DNA from: the human T2T-CHM13v2.0 reference genome, Homo sapiens
Assembly (NCBI RefSeq): GCF_009914755.1
Contig: NC_060928.1
Strand: one strand, 5' to 3'
DNA: 64,000 nucleotides
Below are positions 29,326 through 43,164 of the stretch, piece by piece; the first letter of the stretch is position 1; each line of letters starts with the position of its first letter. Made by a program: the position numbers and the translations under genes. The notes beneath the pieces are model-generated. The model did not search any database and was not told the origin of the DNA. It saw only the letters and a list, made by a program, of their open reading frames with translations.

Positions 29326-31782
29326 GTTGTAAGGACGTACGAAATGATTCATGAGTGACATACAAAGTGCACTAAATTAAAGTGCATTGAATTAAAGAAT
29401 GGTCATGAATCGGATACAGGGGAAGTATTCTTAGATGCAGAGAGTAAAACGAGTGATAGTGTCCTTCCTAACAGGAGGTTCATTACTCAGAAATGAATTG
29501 CGAAGGCAATAATAGAGCAATAAGATGAAGCAGATTTCTTCAAGCAAATGTAGGTCTTTAAGACCAGGCTATAACAGGATAATTCTTCTGTAGTTACTAG
29601 AAAAAATTTGAGACTAACAGAACTTTGGGAAATCTATGCTTCTAAGGTAAGCAGAAATTGAGGAAGAAAAGACTAGAAGCAGGGAAAATGACTTAAAAAC
29701 TATTATAATAGATTCTATTTGTGTTAATGAAGACCAGGCAGATAAAACTGATTGGAAATGGCAGTTGAAAATGCAAAGAAATTCCAAGGGATTGTAGAAA
29801 GGGTAGACTGATGCCCATAGAAAAGGGGTATCACAGGTTTCCCTCAGAAATAAATATTTACTACTTCAGGCAATAGAATACCATAATCTATATGGATGGT
29901 CTGATCAATTTCATATATTGGGACTATTTGGCTGAAGAACTAAAACTCTCCTCACAGCTTTACATTTTAATAAGGTAGAAAATACATAATATTTGGAATA
30001 TAATATACAGGATTGCATGGAAGCTCAGAGGAGTAAGTATATCTTACTCTCATGGATGGGTAAAGAACTGTTCTGAAATAAAATGAAATTAGAAACTGAA
30101 TCTTGGATTAGCAAAAATGCCTCAATTCTGATTTCCTATAGCACCATGTCTAACATTTAGTTAACTTTTGCTCACCCCAGATAAACGTGGGTGCCCTCCC
30201 TGCCCCCATGGTAGGGTGCAGAATATTGAGGGTAGATGCAGTAATTTCTGCTTTGCCCCTTTGGCAGCTCAAACAGGAATACTCTTTATACATCACCTCC
30301 CAGGATCCAGGCAGAAACTGGAGTATAACGTTCTTGACACTCATATCCTCATCATTATCTGAAAATGATATTCTCTCCCGTCTGTAAAAATCCTCCAGCC
30401 CCACAGCCATCCTATTGCCCTGAACAACTTGCTTTCACTCCAAATCTGCATATCTCAATCCATGACTTGAAGGATTTGATCTTAGCCATGAAAAATATGA
30501 TGTGAGAGGCAGGGAGAGAACAATTCTGCCATCTAATACATACTTTCAAGTCTTCCATCTTCATCTCTCATGGGCTTTTAAAATTAATGCCAGAAACAAG
30601 AAAAATCCCTTCCACTCTGCAAGAGCATCTCTAAAACTCATAAGAAAAAATGAGACAGTCACTCTTTGGAGGTGCTACAGAGGTGCTGTATGGGAATACT
30701 TCACAAATCATCTCATCCCGACACCTACATCATCAACTTGAATGAAACTGGCATTATTGACTCGTTTCAGGAATGCTATTATAGAGACCAGGAGGAAAAA
30801 TGTTTAATCAATTAAACGCTTTAGCATTCCTTAGTAGGTTCTGTCAAAGATAGTCATTTAGAAAGAGCTCACATAATCTTCCTCTGTTTCTTTTTATTAC
30901 CATTTCTGCCAATCACATTGTCATTCTTCCAATCAGCCAAGCTAGGAAGGGGAGTATCGGTCTTTCACAATTTTCTTTTCTTACTCCATTGTGTCACTTT
31001 CATGCCCTGCTGGTACTTTCCTTACAATATATCTATGTGTTGTTCTGATTCCCTCCCATTTTTTATATCCCTACTCAGGGTAGCATTTTATACAACTGAA
31101 TTTGTGTGTGTGACCTGACACATTTCCATGATTCTCTCCTTAAGTAGAACCAGCAAGGTATTACAATCCAACATAAAGTGAAGGTGACTTACATGGACTG
31201 TATCTAAAGGTCAAAATCTTCAACATAGTTGCCATGCCATCATGATGATGGGTTTGTCTTTCCATTTTGTTTTACTATCTCTAATCCTTTCATCATTGTT
31301 TTTGTTGCTTGCTGTATGTGTGATCACCAGTTGTCCTCAAACTATTCTTTAGTTGCAATACTTACTTTGCAAACTTAAATGAAAAACAGTAAATTTTTTT
31401 TAAAACTTCACAACTACTTGTAGAAATAAATGCATTCCAAATGTTTTATTTATTTTTCAAGCTTCCTAATTTCTCCCATTCTTATCAATAAATATCTAGG
31501 TTTCCAACTTATCCATCGGCTTCTTTTATAAATCTATTTGGATATTTATTTGAAAGCTACACAACACTTTTAAAGATGTATAAAAATAGAATTACAAAAT
31601 GATAAGCTTGCTAGAAATGAAATACATAAAACAACTCAAAGTAGAAGTAAATCCTGAGCAACTCAAATTATCAGCTATCTGTTCATGTGAACAGCCAGTA
31701 ATCAAAAGTTTTCTTCCTCACATCTACCAAAAGACGAGTAGAGAAAAACCTCTTAGACAAATACCATCCTATTTCAAACCAT

Positions 31783-32232
31783 TGTATTGGTTGTCTTGGT
31801 CTTCCAGAACAAATTAACACAAACTCAGTGGCCAAAAACTATAGAAACTTATTCTCTCAGACTTCTGGAGCCCAGATATTTGAAACGAAGGTGGTGGCAT
31901 AGCCATGTTCCTTCCAAAGGCTCTAGGGGAGAATCCTGGCCTCTTCCAGCTGCTGGTAGCTTCCAGCATTTCTTGGTTTATGGCAGCGTTAACTCCAGTC
32001 TCTGCCTCCAGCTTCACACGGCCTTCTGTCTTGTGCCTATAATCTCCCTCTCTTCTCTTTTTTATATACCAGCCATTGGACCAAGGCTAACTCGAAATGC
32101 AGAATCATCTTAACCTGGGGTCCTTAACTTAATTACAACTGCATAGACCCTATTTCCAAACAAGGCATACACCAGTACCAGAGTTTAGGATTTGAATGTA
32201 TATTTTTGGAGTATACAATGTAACTTGTTATA
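31783..32232 (-). mobile_element. MLT1C-like MaLR solo LTR
   Basis: 'tgtattgg...tagaaacttattctctcagacttctggag...aaggctctaggggagaatcc...cttaattacaactgcatagaccctatttccaaa'. Confidence 0.85.
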
Positions 32233-32714
32233 CCCGTGAGGGATTCAATTTGAACTAATAGCTTTCCTTAACTGCTACCATTACTCATCGTCTTTACTTA
32301 ATTGCTTTCATTCCTCACCCTCAGGTGAGATTATCCACAGCAATATCTTGCACTATTTTTAACCATCTATCACCATTACATCATACCAATTATAACATAG
32401 TTCTAAATGCCTATTAGTCATTATTAGTCTTATTATTACTTTTGCACAGAGATAATAATATATTCCAATTTACAATGAACCCAATTATCTATTTCATATA
32501 AATAGTATATAAATGAATATAATTATATATGTGTTTATTTTCATTAAACACTTATTTGTGTAAGAGTAAGAGCAATGGAAAGAACAGATAATATTTTCTT
32601 CACTTGATGAAAAATTTTAATGAGCATTTATTCAAAACAATTTGCTGCATCAAGGGGACATTTTACATTTCTTTGACTAACATTGAATCTTAAAAACTTT
32701 TCTCATATTAGGAA

Positions 32715-33195
32715 CAGTTGCGAAACTGTCTCTGCCACAAACAACAGGTACGAACTACTCACTTTCTCAGCCTCCCTTGCAGCTACAGTACAGGCAGGTG
32801 ACTTTCTGCTTCACCAATGAGATACTCCTAAACCAGTCTTTGGATCATAAAACCAGGCAAGTGCAGAGGCTGGCACCTAGGTACGGAGACAAGGACATTT
32901 AGAATTTAGAGGCAACACCACCAGTGGTTCTGGCAGCAGAAGTCTATGCCCAAGCCAGCAGTCGCAAAGATACAAGCTGTGGTGAATTGCACTGTGTTGC
33001 CATTGGAGTCACATCCCTGCAGTGTGTTTTCGGGTATTATTCCAGGTGAGGTAGTCTTCAAGCCTGGTTATAGGCTTTCCCAGAGATTATGTGGGCTATC
33101 TGTAATTACTTATTTGATTACTTTTCCGTGTTGCCAGCAACACAGAACAATGATTGATGTATTGACTCACCAGATTCAGTTCACTGGCAACAACA
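32715..33195 (+). mobile_element. LTR33-like ERVL LTR relic
   Basis: 'actttctcagcctcccttgcagcta...gtgact...ccaatgagat' core motif. Confidence 0.5.
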
Positions 33196-33689
33196 AATAA
33201 TCCAATATGTCCATATAATTAAGAAAATTGAGCAGGAGGCACAGGGAATGGAGACAGGTCAGAATATAATGGCTTCTGTAATACCAAGAAGTGAGTAAAA
33301 GCCTTGATTTTTAATCCAAACGTTATTTCTACAAAATATTTTATAATATATAATCTATTATCTATCTTGTTGACATCTAAAATGTATCCAAATATCAATG
33401 GAGTATCTTTAATTTGATAGCTTGTCAATCTGCATGAAAAATAAACAAAACAAAATGTATACTGGTTAATGAAGATGATGATAGTGATGTTAATACTATA
33501 GATGTGTGTTTATATGAAACTAGGTATAAGCACTAAGGACGTCATCACCATTATCACTACTTTCGTTGCTACTATAAACTATAAAATTTTCCAGGGGTCT
33601 TTCCAAACCTACATGAAATGGTCTATTATGTTAAAGTTCTTTTCCACTATAGTATACCAGGCCAAGGTTAATAACTTATATTTAATTTT

Positions 33690-33800
33690 ACTATATATCT
33701 CTTCTTCTAGATACCTATATATATATTGATATATCCATATCTACCTCTAGATAGATCTATGTATCTATAGATGTATATATATAAAGATACAAATATACTC
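33690..33800. repeat. TA/GATA-rich low-complexity tract
   Basis: 'ctatatatatattgatatatccatatctacctctagatagatctatgtatctatagatgtatatatataaag'. Confidence 0.65.
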
Positions 33801-35384
33801 TTTTATTTTGCTATCAATATTATTTTTAAAACAGTCATTTTTAAACTGTAATGTCATATAACAAAGGTTAAATAGAGTTTGTGGAAACTAGCCAAAAAAT
33901 CTAACTGCAATTCTAAACAACTTCTTAAAGTTAATTCAAAGAATGTGTTCTGAGTTCCAAAAAAGCAACTTGTATATTAATTTTTTATAACATCTTAAAA
34001 ACTAAATTTATTAACTAAGCACCTTCTGTAAGTGAATTAATGTAAAACAAAATGATTACAAATGTTGTATAGGATTGCTGAAGGTTAGAAACAAATGTTA
34101 AATAGTTTAAAAGGTGATTAAGAATAGACTTTAAGATTTTAAAAATACCTTTAGGTTTATTTTGTAATTTTGAAGAAATGTCATCTAAGGCTAGAGAACA
34201 CTTACTTGCAGAATAAATAAGAACATGAAATTTTTTAAAGTACAAAAAAGTTTAATCTTTAAAAGATTAATCTTTTAGTGTTGTTAAATGTCAGAAAATA
34301 AACTTTTGTTTAATTTAAAAACTTGAAGAAAATCATTTACGTGATAAAATTAACAATGAAGAGTACTTTTGAATCCATCCTTAAACCTATACTGTCTGAA
34401 CATACAGACAAATACACTCTGCATCTATCTGGATCAATGACTCATTAAGCACCCTTTAAGAAGAAATGAATGTACTTTAACCCCTTCTACACTTAAACAT
34501 TGTAAGTACTTATTATTCAACAAGCACTTACTTCTTCCACATAGACATGTTTATTTACATATTTCTGGATACTATGTCAGTTGTTATTTGAATGTTTTCA
34601 TCTCTGCCAGTTCTCATTGTTACATAGAGAAATATTCCATAGCTCTTATATTTGAATTTAGGTTTATGAATATTGATTTTTAAAGAGAGTTAGACTGAAA
34701 AAGAACTATTTGTATTCACAGTTGAGATCAAAATATACCTTACCTAACCAAACAGTTTCAAGCACAAACCTATCCTTTTGCTAGATATAAGGAAGAAAAA
34801 TAAGGCCACTATATAGAGATACACAAAGGCTTTTCAATTTTAAAATATTCTCTGGAATTTAAAGTATTTGTAACTTTTCAATTTGAAATTTATATAAAAA
34901 TAATTTTGAGCGAAACAAATAGCTTATAAAATAAATTATAAACAATTCAATTAATAAAAGTCATTAGCATTTATAGATTAATATATTTAAGAATATTTCA
35001 TGCACTACAAAATTACTAATGATATGAGTCATGATTAATAATGTTTTATTTGTTCTTAAATAGTTCAGTTAAATTAAAGAGAGGCAGACATGTAAAAACT
35101 CAATTACAAATAACATGGGCAGCTCTATTAAAGAAATTTGTGCAAGGTTGAGGCATAGCCTAGAAGAAAATGATCAATAACAACTGCATCTCAAATTAGA
35201 TGTTTTTAAAACTGAATCATGAGAGTAATTAATAATTCAATCATTAAATAAAATTAAGGAAAATTAATTATAAGCAGAAGAATAAAATATGTAAAAGCAC
35301 AGATGCATGAAACAGTATGTTTGGAGTTATTTGTCCTTTACTAGCTCTGGTTCTGAGACAAATATACTACATTGTCTCTTCATT

Positions 35385-36205
35385 ATCTTTTGTATTGAGA
35401 TAAAATTTACATAACACAAAAATTTCCCTTTGTACTCATTTTCAAGTATACAATTCAGTGGGTTTTAGTATATTCACAATAATTTACAACCCTCATCACT
35501 ACCTCATTCTAGAACATTTCATTAAACCCTAAAAGACACCCAAGTCCTCCTTCTCTCAACCTCCTTTTCTTTCTAGGGGTTGGGGACAGCTCCTGGCAGC
35601 TGTTACTCTACTTTCTGCTTCTGTGGTTTTGCTTGTTCTTGACACTTCACATTAATGCGATCAAGTAATATGCAGTCTTTTTTATTATTATTGTTACACT
35701 TTAAGTTTTAGGGTACATGTGCACAATACATGTGCCATGCTGGTGTGCTGCACCCATTAACTCGTCATTTAGCCGTCTTTTGTCTCTGGTTTCTTCATGT
35801 TGTAGCATGTGTCTGTACCTTGTTTCCTGTTATTGGCTGAATAATATTCCATTGTAGAATATATCACCTTTGTTTCTCTTGTGATCATCTCATTTCTGCT
35901 TTTTGGCTATTATGAATAACACTATGTATATCATGCACAAGTTTTGGTGTGAACATACGTTTTCATTTCTCTAGGAATACAATGATGGGGTTATAGGATA
36001 CCTTTGTATTTAACATTTTGAAGAACTGCCAAATGCTTTGCAAACAAACTGCATTATTTTACATTCCCTCCAGCAATAGATGAAGGGTCCAATTTTCTAC
36101 ATTCTCCAGCACTTGTTGTTTTATGATTTTCCTTTTTATAAAAAAAAATTATAGCCAACCTAATGATTGTAAAGTGGTATCTTACGGTTTCCATTTGCAT
36201 TTGGT
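35385..36205 (-). mobile_element. L1MB-like 3' fragment
   Basis: 'tattgagataaaatttacataac...aagtatacaattcagtgggttttagtatattcaca...ctgaataatattccattgta...ttttggctattatgaataa...gtggtatcttacggtttccatttgcattt'. Confidence 0.8.
35678..35773 (-). mobile_element. very short young L1PA (L1PA2-4-like) 3' end nested in L1MB
   Basis: 'ttattattgttacactttaagttttagggtacatgtgcacaa...tacatgtgccatgctggtgtgctgcacccattaactcgtcatttagc'; flanked by 'gcagtctttt'/'gccgtctttt'. Confidence 0.88.
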
Positions 36206-36211
36206 GAGATT

Positions 36212-36505
36212 GTATGTCTGCCTCCCCTGAGGTTAGGTAGGACCATATGACTAAGTTAGCCAAAGAATTGTGACCATAATTGAAATGTATCACTTCCAGG
36301 CTGCCACATTTATTTGGTGTTCTAAAACCCTTCTGAAGTTCTTTCTAGCAAAGATGCCAACAACTGGCTTTGTTCCTTCAGTTTAAAGGAGTAGAGCTCC
36401 CCTGCTAATCAGAGATGGACATGACGCACTTTCAAGAGTGGCTGAAGACACTTCAATTGTGAAATTATTTATAACAACAGAACAATAACAGCCTACCTGT
36501 ACTGG
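36212..36505 (+). mobile_element. old MLT1 (H/I-like) LTR fragment
   Basis: 'cctcccctgaggttaggtaggaccatatgactaagttagccaaagaattgtga...tcacttccaggctg'. Confidence 0.5.
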
Positions 36506-37003
36506 TATTCACATCACTTCTGCTTATATGGTAATTATTGTTAGGAAAAATAGACAATAAAATACATGGTGCAGTGGTACAATAATACATTTAGGTCTCT
36601 TTTTTTATAAGAGCAAATTTACTGATTTTATCATACAGAAAATTGTGACAAAGAATGATTACCTAGGATACTTGATAGAATACAATTTCCAAGCTTCTTA
36701 AATACAATTTCTATTTTAATTATTGCAACTCATTTGTCTAACAACATGTAGTTGGGTGTTCCTTATTTAACAATCCAGATATAATTCACTAATTTTGAGA
36801 GATTGAGTGTAGTTCATATTCTACCTTCTAACTTTCTTGCAGTCCCTCTACCCTCTGAAAGAGGGTGTTCTATTACTTTCTTATGAGGTCAAAATTTAAG
36901 AAATTATGCTGCGGTAACCTTTTTTTAGACTTTCTAGTAAGCCATATCATGGGAAATGAAATTATGTTAATGGAACTGTATTAAGTGGTAGAAGATGAAA
37001 AGA

Positions 37004-37007
37004 TGTA

Positions 37008-37038
<31 letters not shown>

Positions 37039-37068
37039 AGTGGGGTGTGTTTGCATGTGTGTGTGTGT
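37004..37068. repeat. interrupted (TG)n microsatellite
   Basis: Three TG runs separated by short interruptions. Confidence 0.9.
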
Positions 37069-37411
37069 ATCTCTTCAAATATTATGTTTAAGAATGAGAT
37101 CTATGATTGTATATCTCTCAACCAAAAAAAATATATATATATTTTAAAAACACCTTAAAATCACTTTGTTTCTTGCCTGTTTTAGACTTAAACTAATAAA
37201 GACTATATAGACTTTAGACTACATCCCACATTCACTATGTGAATGCTCTGGGATCTTCACTGGCATCTAATTTGTTTAATATGAAAGTATTTTGCGGTTG
37301 GTATTATTTAAACCCCAACTTTAGAAAGCTGGGAAATAGACTGAAAGTCATGTGTTGTTTGTGAGTCATAATTATAAAGCAATTGTTGTGACTAGCAAAT
37401 CATGACTTTTC

Positions 37412-37512
37412 AGGAAAGAAAGGAGAGAAAGAGAAAGAGCGAGAGAGAGAATAACAGAGAGAGGAGGGAGAGGGGAAGAAAGGAAGGGAGAAAGGAAAAA
37501 AGAAATAAAGAA
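37412..37512. repeat. GA-rich polypurine tract
   Basis: About 100 nt of nearly pure A/G. Confidence 0.8.
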
Positions 37513-38469
37513 GTGTAATTGAACCTATATGTCTACTACCCAAATGAGCAAACCTGGGGTGTTTTGGATATATTTGCTTTTCTGCTTCTGATGCAGAGGC
37601 ACCTCCCATCTGCCTCTGGCCATCCCTGGAGCCAGGTCTCAGCGTGCTGTGGAATCAGTCCTGGTTACCACTGTGTCTTCCTGTTCTGAATCTGGTCCAC
37701 AGTGATTTTGTTTCTTAAAATTCCTAGGGTGAGTTTTATTTTTTAACCATTTAAACTACAACTGTAGTCTTTGAGTTTTTGATCTTTAAAAAAAGGAAGG
37801 CCCAACTTAACTGGAAATTTATGCTTATTACTTCTTTTTTCCTATATTATAAAAATGATTTGTAATAGGAAAACATACCCATTTTACTCAATGTAACAAG
37901 TAGGACAGGAATCCGTCTTCTTATCACCATTATAAGAAAGTCATTATTTCTTAACTTATCACTAACAGTAGGCATTATAAAACTTTAATGTTGTGGCCAA
38001 TCTTATTTGGTGAAAAATGTACAATCATTTTTTTATTTCTTTATTCTGATCTTTGATGGGCTTACCCAATTTTAATACATTTATTGGTTATTTGTATTCC
38101 TACTTTGTTCCTACTTACATTGTACATTGTGATAATGGCTTTTCCTTGTTGGTGTTGAGGCATTCATTTTAAATTATAGCTATTAACCTAAATCTTGTTG
38201 CATAAATTGAAAATATATTTTGCCAATATGTAACTTAAGCATTAATTCTTAACATGCAATTTCACTCACAGAAGTGTGTGTGTTCACATCTATTTTTTCT
38301 TTTCTAACCTCAGGATTGCTCATTATGTAAAGCTCTTAAGCATAGTGCCTGGCACTACATAAGTAAGGCACAATCATTAGCACTTATTATCCTGTCTTTA
38401 TCTTCCAGTGAAATTATTCTGATATATAGTGAGGGCTTCATTCTGGTAATAAATATTTCTGAAGGCAGG

Positions 38470-38485
38470 CTTGCTTGCTTTTCTT

Positions 38486-38551
<66 letters not shown>

Positions 38552-38600
38552 TTCCTTCCTTCCTTCCTTCCTTCCTTTTTCTTTTTCTTTTATTTTTTTT
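38470..38600. repeat. (CTTT)n(CCTT)n compound microsatellite (Alu tail, antisense)
   Basis: About 12 ctttt/cttt units followed by about 7 cctt units. Confidence 0.95.
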
Positions 38601-38693
38601 GAGATAGAATTTCACTCTTTTGCCCAGGCTGGGGTGAAGGGGCGTGATCTCTGCTCACTGCAACCTCCATCCCCCAGGTTCAAGCAATTCTCC
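38601..38693 (-). mobile_element. 5'-truncated Alu (right-arm end only)
   Basis: 'gagatagaatttcactcttttgcccaggctgg...ctcactgcaacctcc...ggttcaagcaattctcc'; TSD 'aaggcagg' at 38462 and 38696. Confidence 0.88.
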
Positions 38694-39875
38694 CAAAGGC
38701 AGGTTTTTGTATAAACACAGGGAAGGGGAAACGTTCCAAACACATATATTTTATAATAAATGAGAATTTTTAAAATGATAAGTAATAAAGTTTCACAATT
38801 ACTTCTACTCATTTTAGCATACTGGTGGCAGGATTGGAGTTTATGTGTGTTTCTAGTGGAAATAATTAAAGATAACTTTAATTTTATAAGGTTGGGCAAA
38901 AGATTCTTTGTCCTGAATTATTTTTTTAGTCAAATCTCAATCAAAGTCTCCTCTAATTTTTAGTTCTATCAATAGTGGCATGTTCTGGCCTCATTTTGGG
39001 TTTGTTAATATTTCTATTATTTATTCTAATACTGCAGAGACAGTTAGGGGAAAATGTTGGCAGACACAATCCATCTGAAATCTTGACCTGTAGACTCAAT
39101 TTTTTGTCTTGGCAAACAAAAATCTTAGGCTAGATTTTTTTTAGAAATCATGAGAATATATTTAAAAAAAGTCCAACCATGTATTGATTATGGAAAGCAA
39201 ATCTCCAAATGTGTGATACATAAATCAAAATACAGCATATGTGGTTTGAAGGGACACCAATAAAATGCAAATAAAAGAAAAATCTGGCAATACAAACAGT
39301 AATAAATGTAAAATAGAAATAAGTCTTTAAAGCCATAAAATAAGACTTATCCTCTATTGAGGATATGTAACAATCACAAAGATACGTAAAAATTTTTATT
39401 TTATATTGTATAATGTCATAATAAAATCTCTAAGAAATGAGAAAATTTCACAAAAAATTACGGAAGTGAAAAATTATGTCACAGTGTCAATATTTTCTTT
39501 AAATCATTTCTGATTTAGAGAAAAAATACAAATTTGAGGGGATCTGAAAAATATTGTAGTTATACATTACACTTCCTTTCAGAGAATGCATATTTGGTAA
39601 AACACTTGATGGAAAATTTGCATATATTAGGCTATGAAAGATGCTTTAATATTATGCATTTATGAGAAATCATGCAGACCTGTTCACTGTTCTTGGGATC
39701 AAAACAAAAGATAATTTAGAAATTAAGAAAAAAGGAGAGAAAAACAACACTATCGGCATCGTGATCAATGTTACCAATTAAACCACAAAAATAAAAACAA
39801 AATGCTACCAGATATAAAAAATATAAACAGATTCAACTCTCTTAGCCTAGTCGTCTTCAATCAAAAAGAAATGTT

Positions 39876-40174
<299 letters not shown>

Positions 40175-40462
40175 GAAATGTTAAAATTTAGAAATTAGAG
40201 TAAAAAGAATGTTAACTTCAAAAATGTATGCAATGTGAGCATAATTATTAAAAGAGATGTATGCTAGTCTGAGATCCTGAGGAAGAATGACAGTAAAAGA
40301 AAAATTCAGCTCATACATTGCAAACTGGAACAGCAAAAAGCCTAAAACAATCTTAACTGTTTAATAAAAATTTTAGCCGAAAATAATATCATCTAAAAGA
40401 ATCAAACTAGAAGCAATTATCCATTAATCCCCTTCTGTTTCTAAGATGACTAAAAATTTATA

Positions 40463-40750
40463 GGCCAGGGGCTGTGGCTCTCACCTGTAATCCCAAAGCT
40501 TTGGGAGGTCAAGGTAGGAGGACTGCTTGAGGCCAGGAGTTAGAGACCAGTTTAGGCAACAAAAGCAAACCCTGTAACTACAAATTTTTTTTTTAATTAT
40601 CAGGGCATGGTGACATGGGCCTGCAGTCCCAGCTACTCAGGAGACTGAAGCAGGAGAATCACTTGGACCCAGGAGTTGGAGGTTGCAGTGAGCTATTATC
40701 ATGCCACTGCACTCAGCCAGTGCAACAGAATGAGACTCTTTCTAAAAATA
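40463..40750 (+). mobile_element. AluJ
   Basis: 'aggaggactgcttgaggccaggagt', 'gtgagctattatcatgccactgcact'; diverged. Confidence 0.9.
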
Positions 40751-41695
40751 GGAAGAACAACATATAGCCAAATGTCAGTCCAGGAAAATTTTTCGAAACA
40801 GAAAACCACAAATAAATAACATTTGGGAAAATAATGCTGATATTATTCTATGTAAAGAAGACTTTTAAAAAATATTATAATATCACTTTATTCCAAATAG
40901 TTTTAAAACATTTCTGTAATAATCTGTATTGTAGAAAAAATAGTCATCACCCTGGTGGATCAAAAGAATCAGGAAAGCAATTGATAAAAATTTATGAAAA
41001 AGAAAATTACAAAATTAGCAAAAATGGAGACTAATCTGAAAGCATCTGTGGATTATTTCAGGAAATAATTAGATAATTTCAGATAGTTACAGGTCATGAA
41101 AACAATAAGTTTCCAAATTTGTGTATGTAACAGTAAAAATGTCCAAAGAATTAAAACTGTAGCCTTATCAGATTTTAGATATACAAATAAAACAAACCTG
41201 AAAAGAAAAATGGTAAATACTGATATAAAAATTTTTATAAATGTCCAAAGATATTCTGTAAACACGCAACATATTTTCTGATTAGATAGATAAATAGATG
41301 GATTTAAAACACACTGTTGGATGTAGAGTAACATTGAAGATAACAAAGAACTGCCCTCTCAACTTTCCTTCCTAGAATTCATAGTGAAATACTTGTTAGT
41401 TTCATTAATGAAACAGACAAACCAAGGATCCCTTTTATTGTCACTGTTACTTAAATCGTTCTAAAAGATTTAGCCATTGCAAAGTAACAGATGAAAGGAA
41501 CACTTAGGTGTTTGAAAGAAGACACTTATGTCCATATGTGATATAAACTATCTTCTGCAAACTTAATTTTAGTATTCTATGCTATGCTACCAAATCCCTC
41601 ATGTTAAATAAAAGAAAAAATATGCAGAGACGTCCAGACTGAGACAACATAAATCTGAGTTACAACTTTGGACCTCTCTCTTTATTCCTCTGTAG

Positions 41696-41697
<2 letters not shown>

Positions 41698-41742
<45 letters not shown>

Positions 41743-41752
41743 GTGTATGTGT
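41698..41752. repeat. (TG)n microsatellite
   Basis: About 21 perfect TG units. Confidence 0.96.
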
Positions 41753-41909
41753 CTTTCTCTTTCTAACTAGAGAGGTATAGATACATAGATAGATATAAAT
41801 ATAGATATAATATAACGATATATATCATAGTGTACAAACATATACCAACTGATACATAATTGAAAAGTGTTAGTCTCTAATATAAAATCAATAATAACTG
41901 ACACTATCA

Positions 41910-42390
41910 CAAATTGGGTTATCTAGAAGAAGACAATGCAAAAAAGTTTGGGGTATAAGGTATTCATGAGAATCAAACCTGTAAAAGGAAAAAAAAAAGG
42001 AAGCAGAATGTGGAAGAGAAAGACATGAAATATGACACAGGCCCATCATAGTCTTAGCCAACAGGTCAGTTTCTCAAGGAGCTGTGTAACAAAGCAGAAA
42101 CCTAGTGGGGTAAATATGAGACCTTCCATCCTTCAGTTGGTGTCACAGCCACAATTGGGACTCCTCTCTCCTCTCTCTGCTTTTCATTATCCATTCTAGA
42201 TTGTCTTCACTCTCACTTCTCACTTCTCTGTGACACAGATCACCCTTGCAAGGCTGTGACATTAGGAGCGATGTCAATCTCCGACCCTTAAGGACCTGAT
42301 AGCTGGAGATTTTCTGCTTCTTGCGCACCCCACAGCTAAGCAGGGGGTCCTTCCTTGAAAGACTTTCTTGAAAGAAAATCACAGTAGCAC
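41910..42390 (-). mobile_element. LTR16-like ERVL LTR relic
   Basis: 'acctgtaaaaggaa...ggaagcagaatgtgg...gtcttagccaac...gagct' resembles antisense LTR16A/C. Confidence 0.45.
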
Positions 42391-42778
42391 AGATACATAA
42401 CTAAAAGATGTGGCAAATAATGTATAACGTGCAAGAGATATTTACTATTAAGTAATGAACACGATATAGAATATGTAATAGACAATACATAATGTGCAAT
42501 GTATATAATATATAACATATAAATGTATATGTTAATACAATGCTCATCTGCTTCTCCTCAGTGGACGGGCCTCATTCTTTCCCACTGCCAGTAAGGTTCC
42601 TTTACCAGGTGGGAGGAGAAACCTTGGGGACAAATTCAAGCTTACATCATTCCAGCCAATGATTCCAGAAGAATGAGATGGCTTTTTTCTCTCAGCCACG
42701 GGGCTGGCGGGCCTTTGTGCTTGCTTTATGTAGGGGATGGGAATGTTTTGTCTCATTTTGTTTTGAGTTCTCATCTAA

Positions 42779-43153
<375 letters not shown>

Positions 43154-43164
43154 TCCAGACTATT

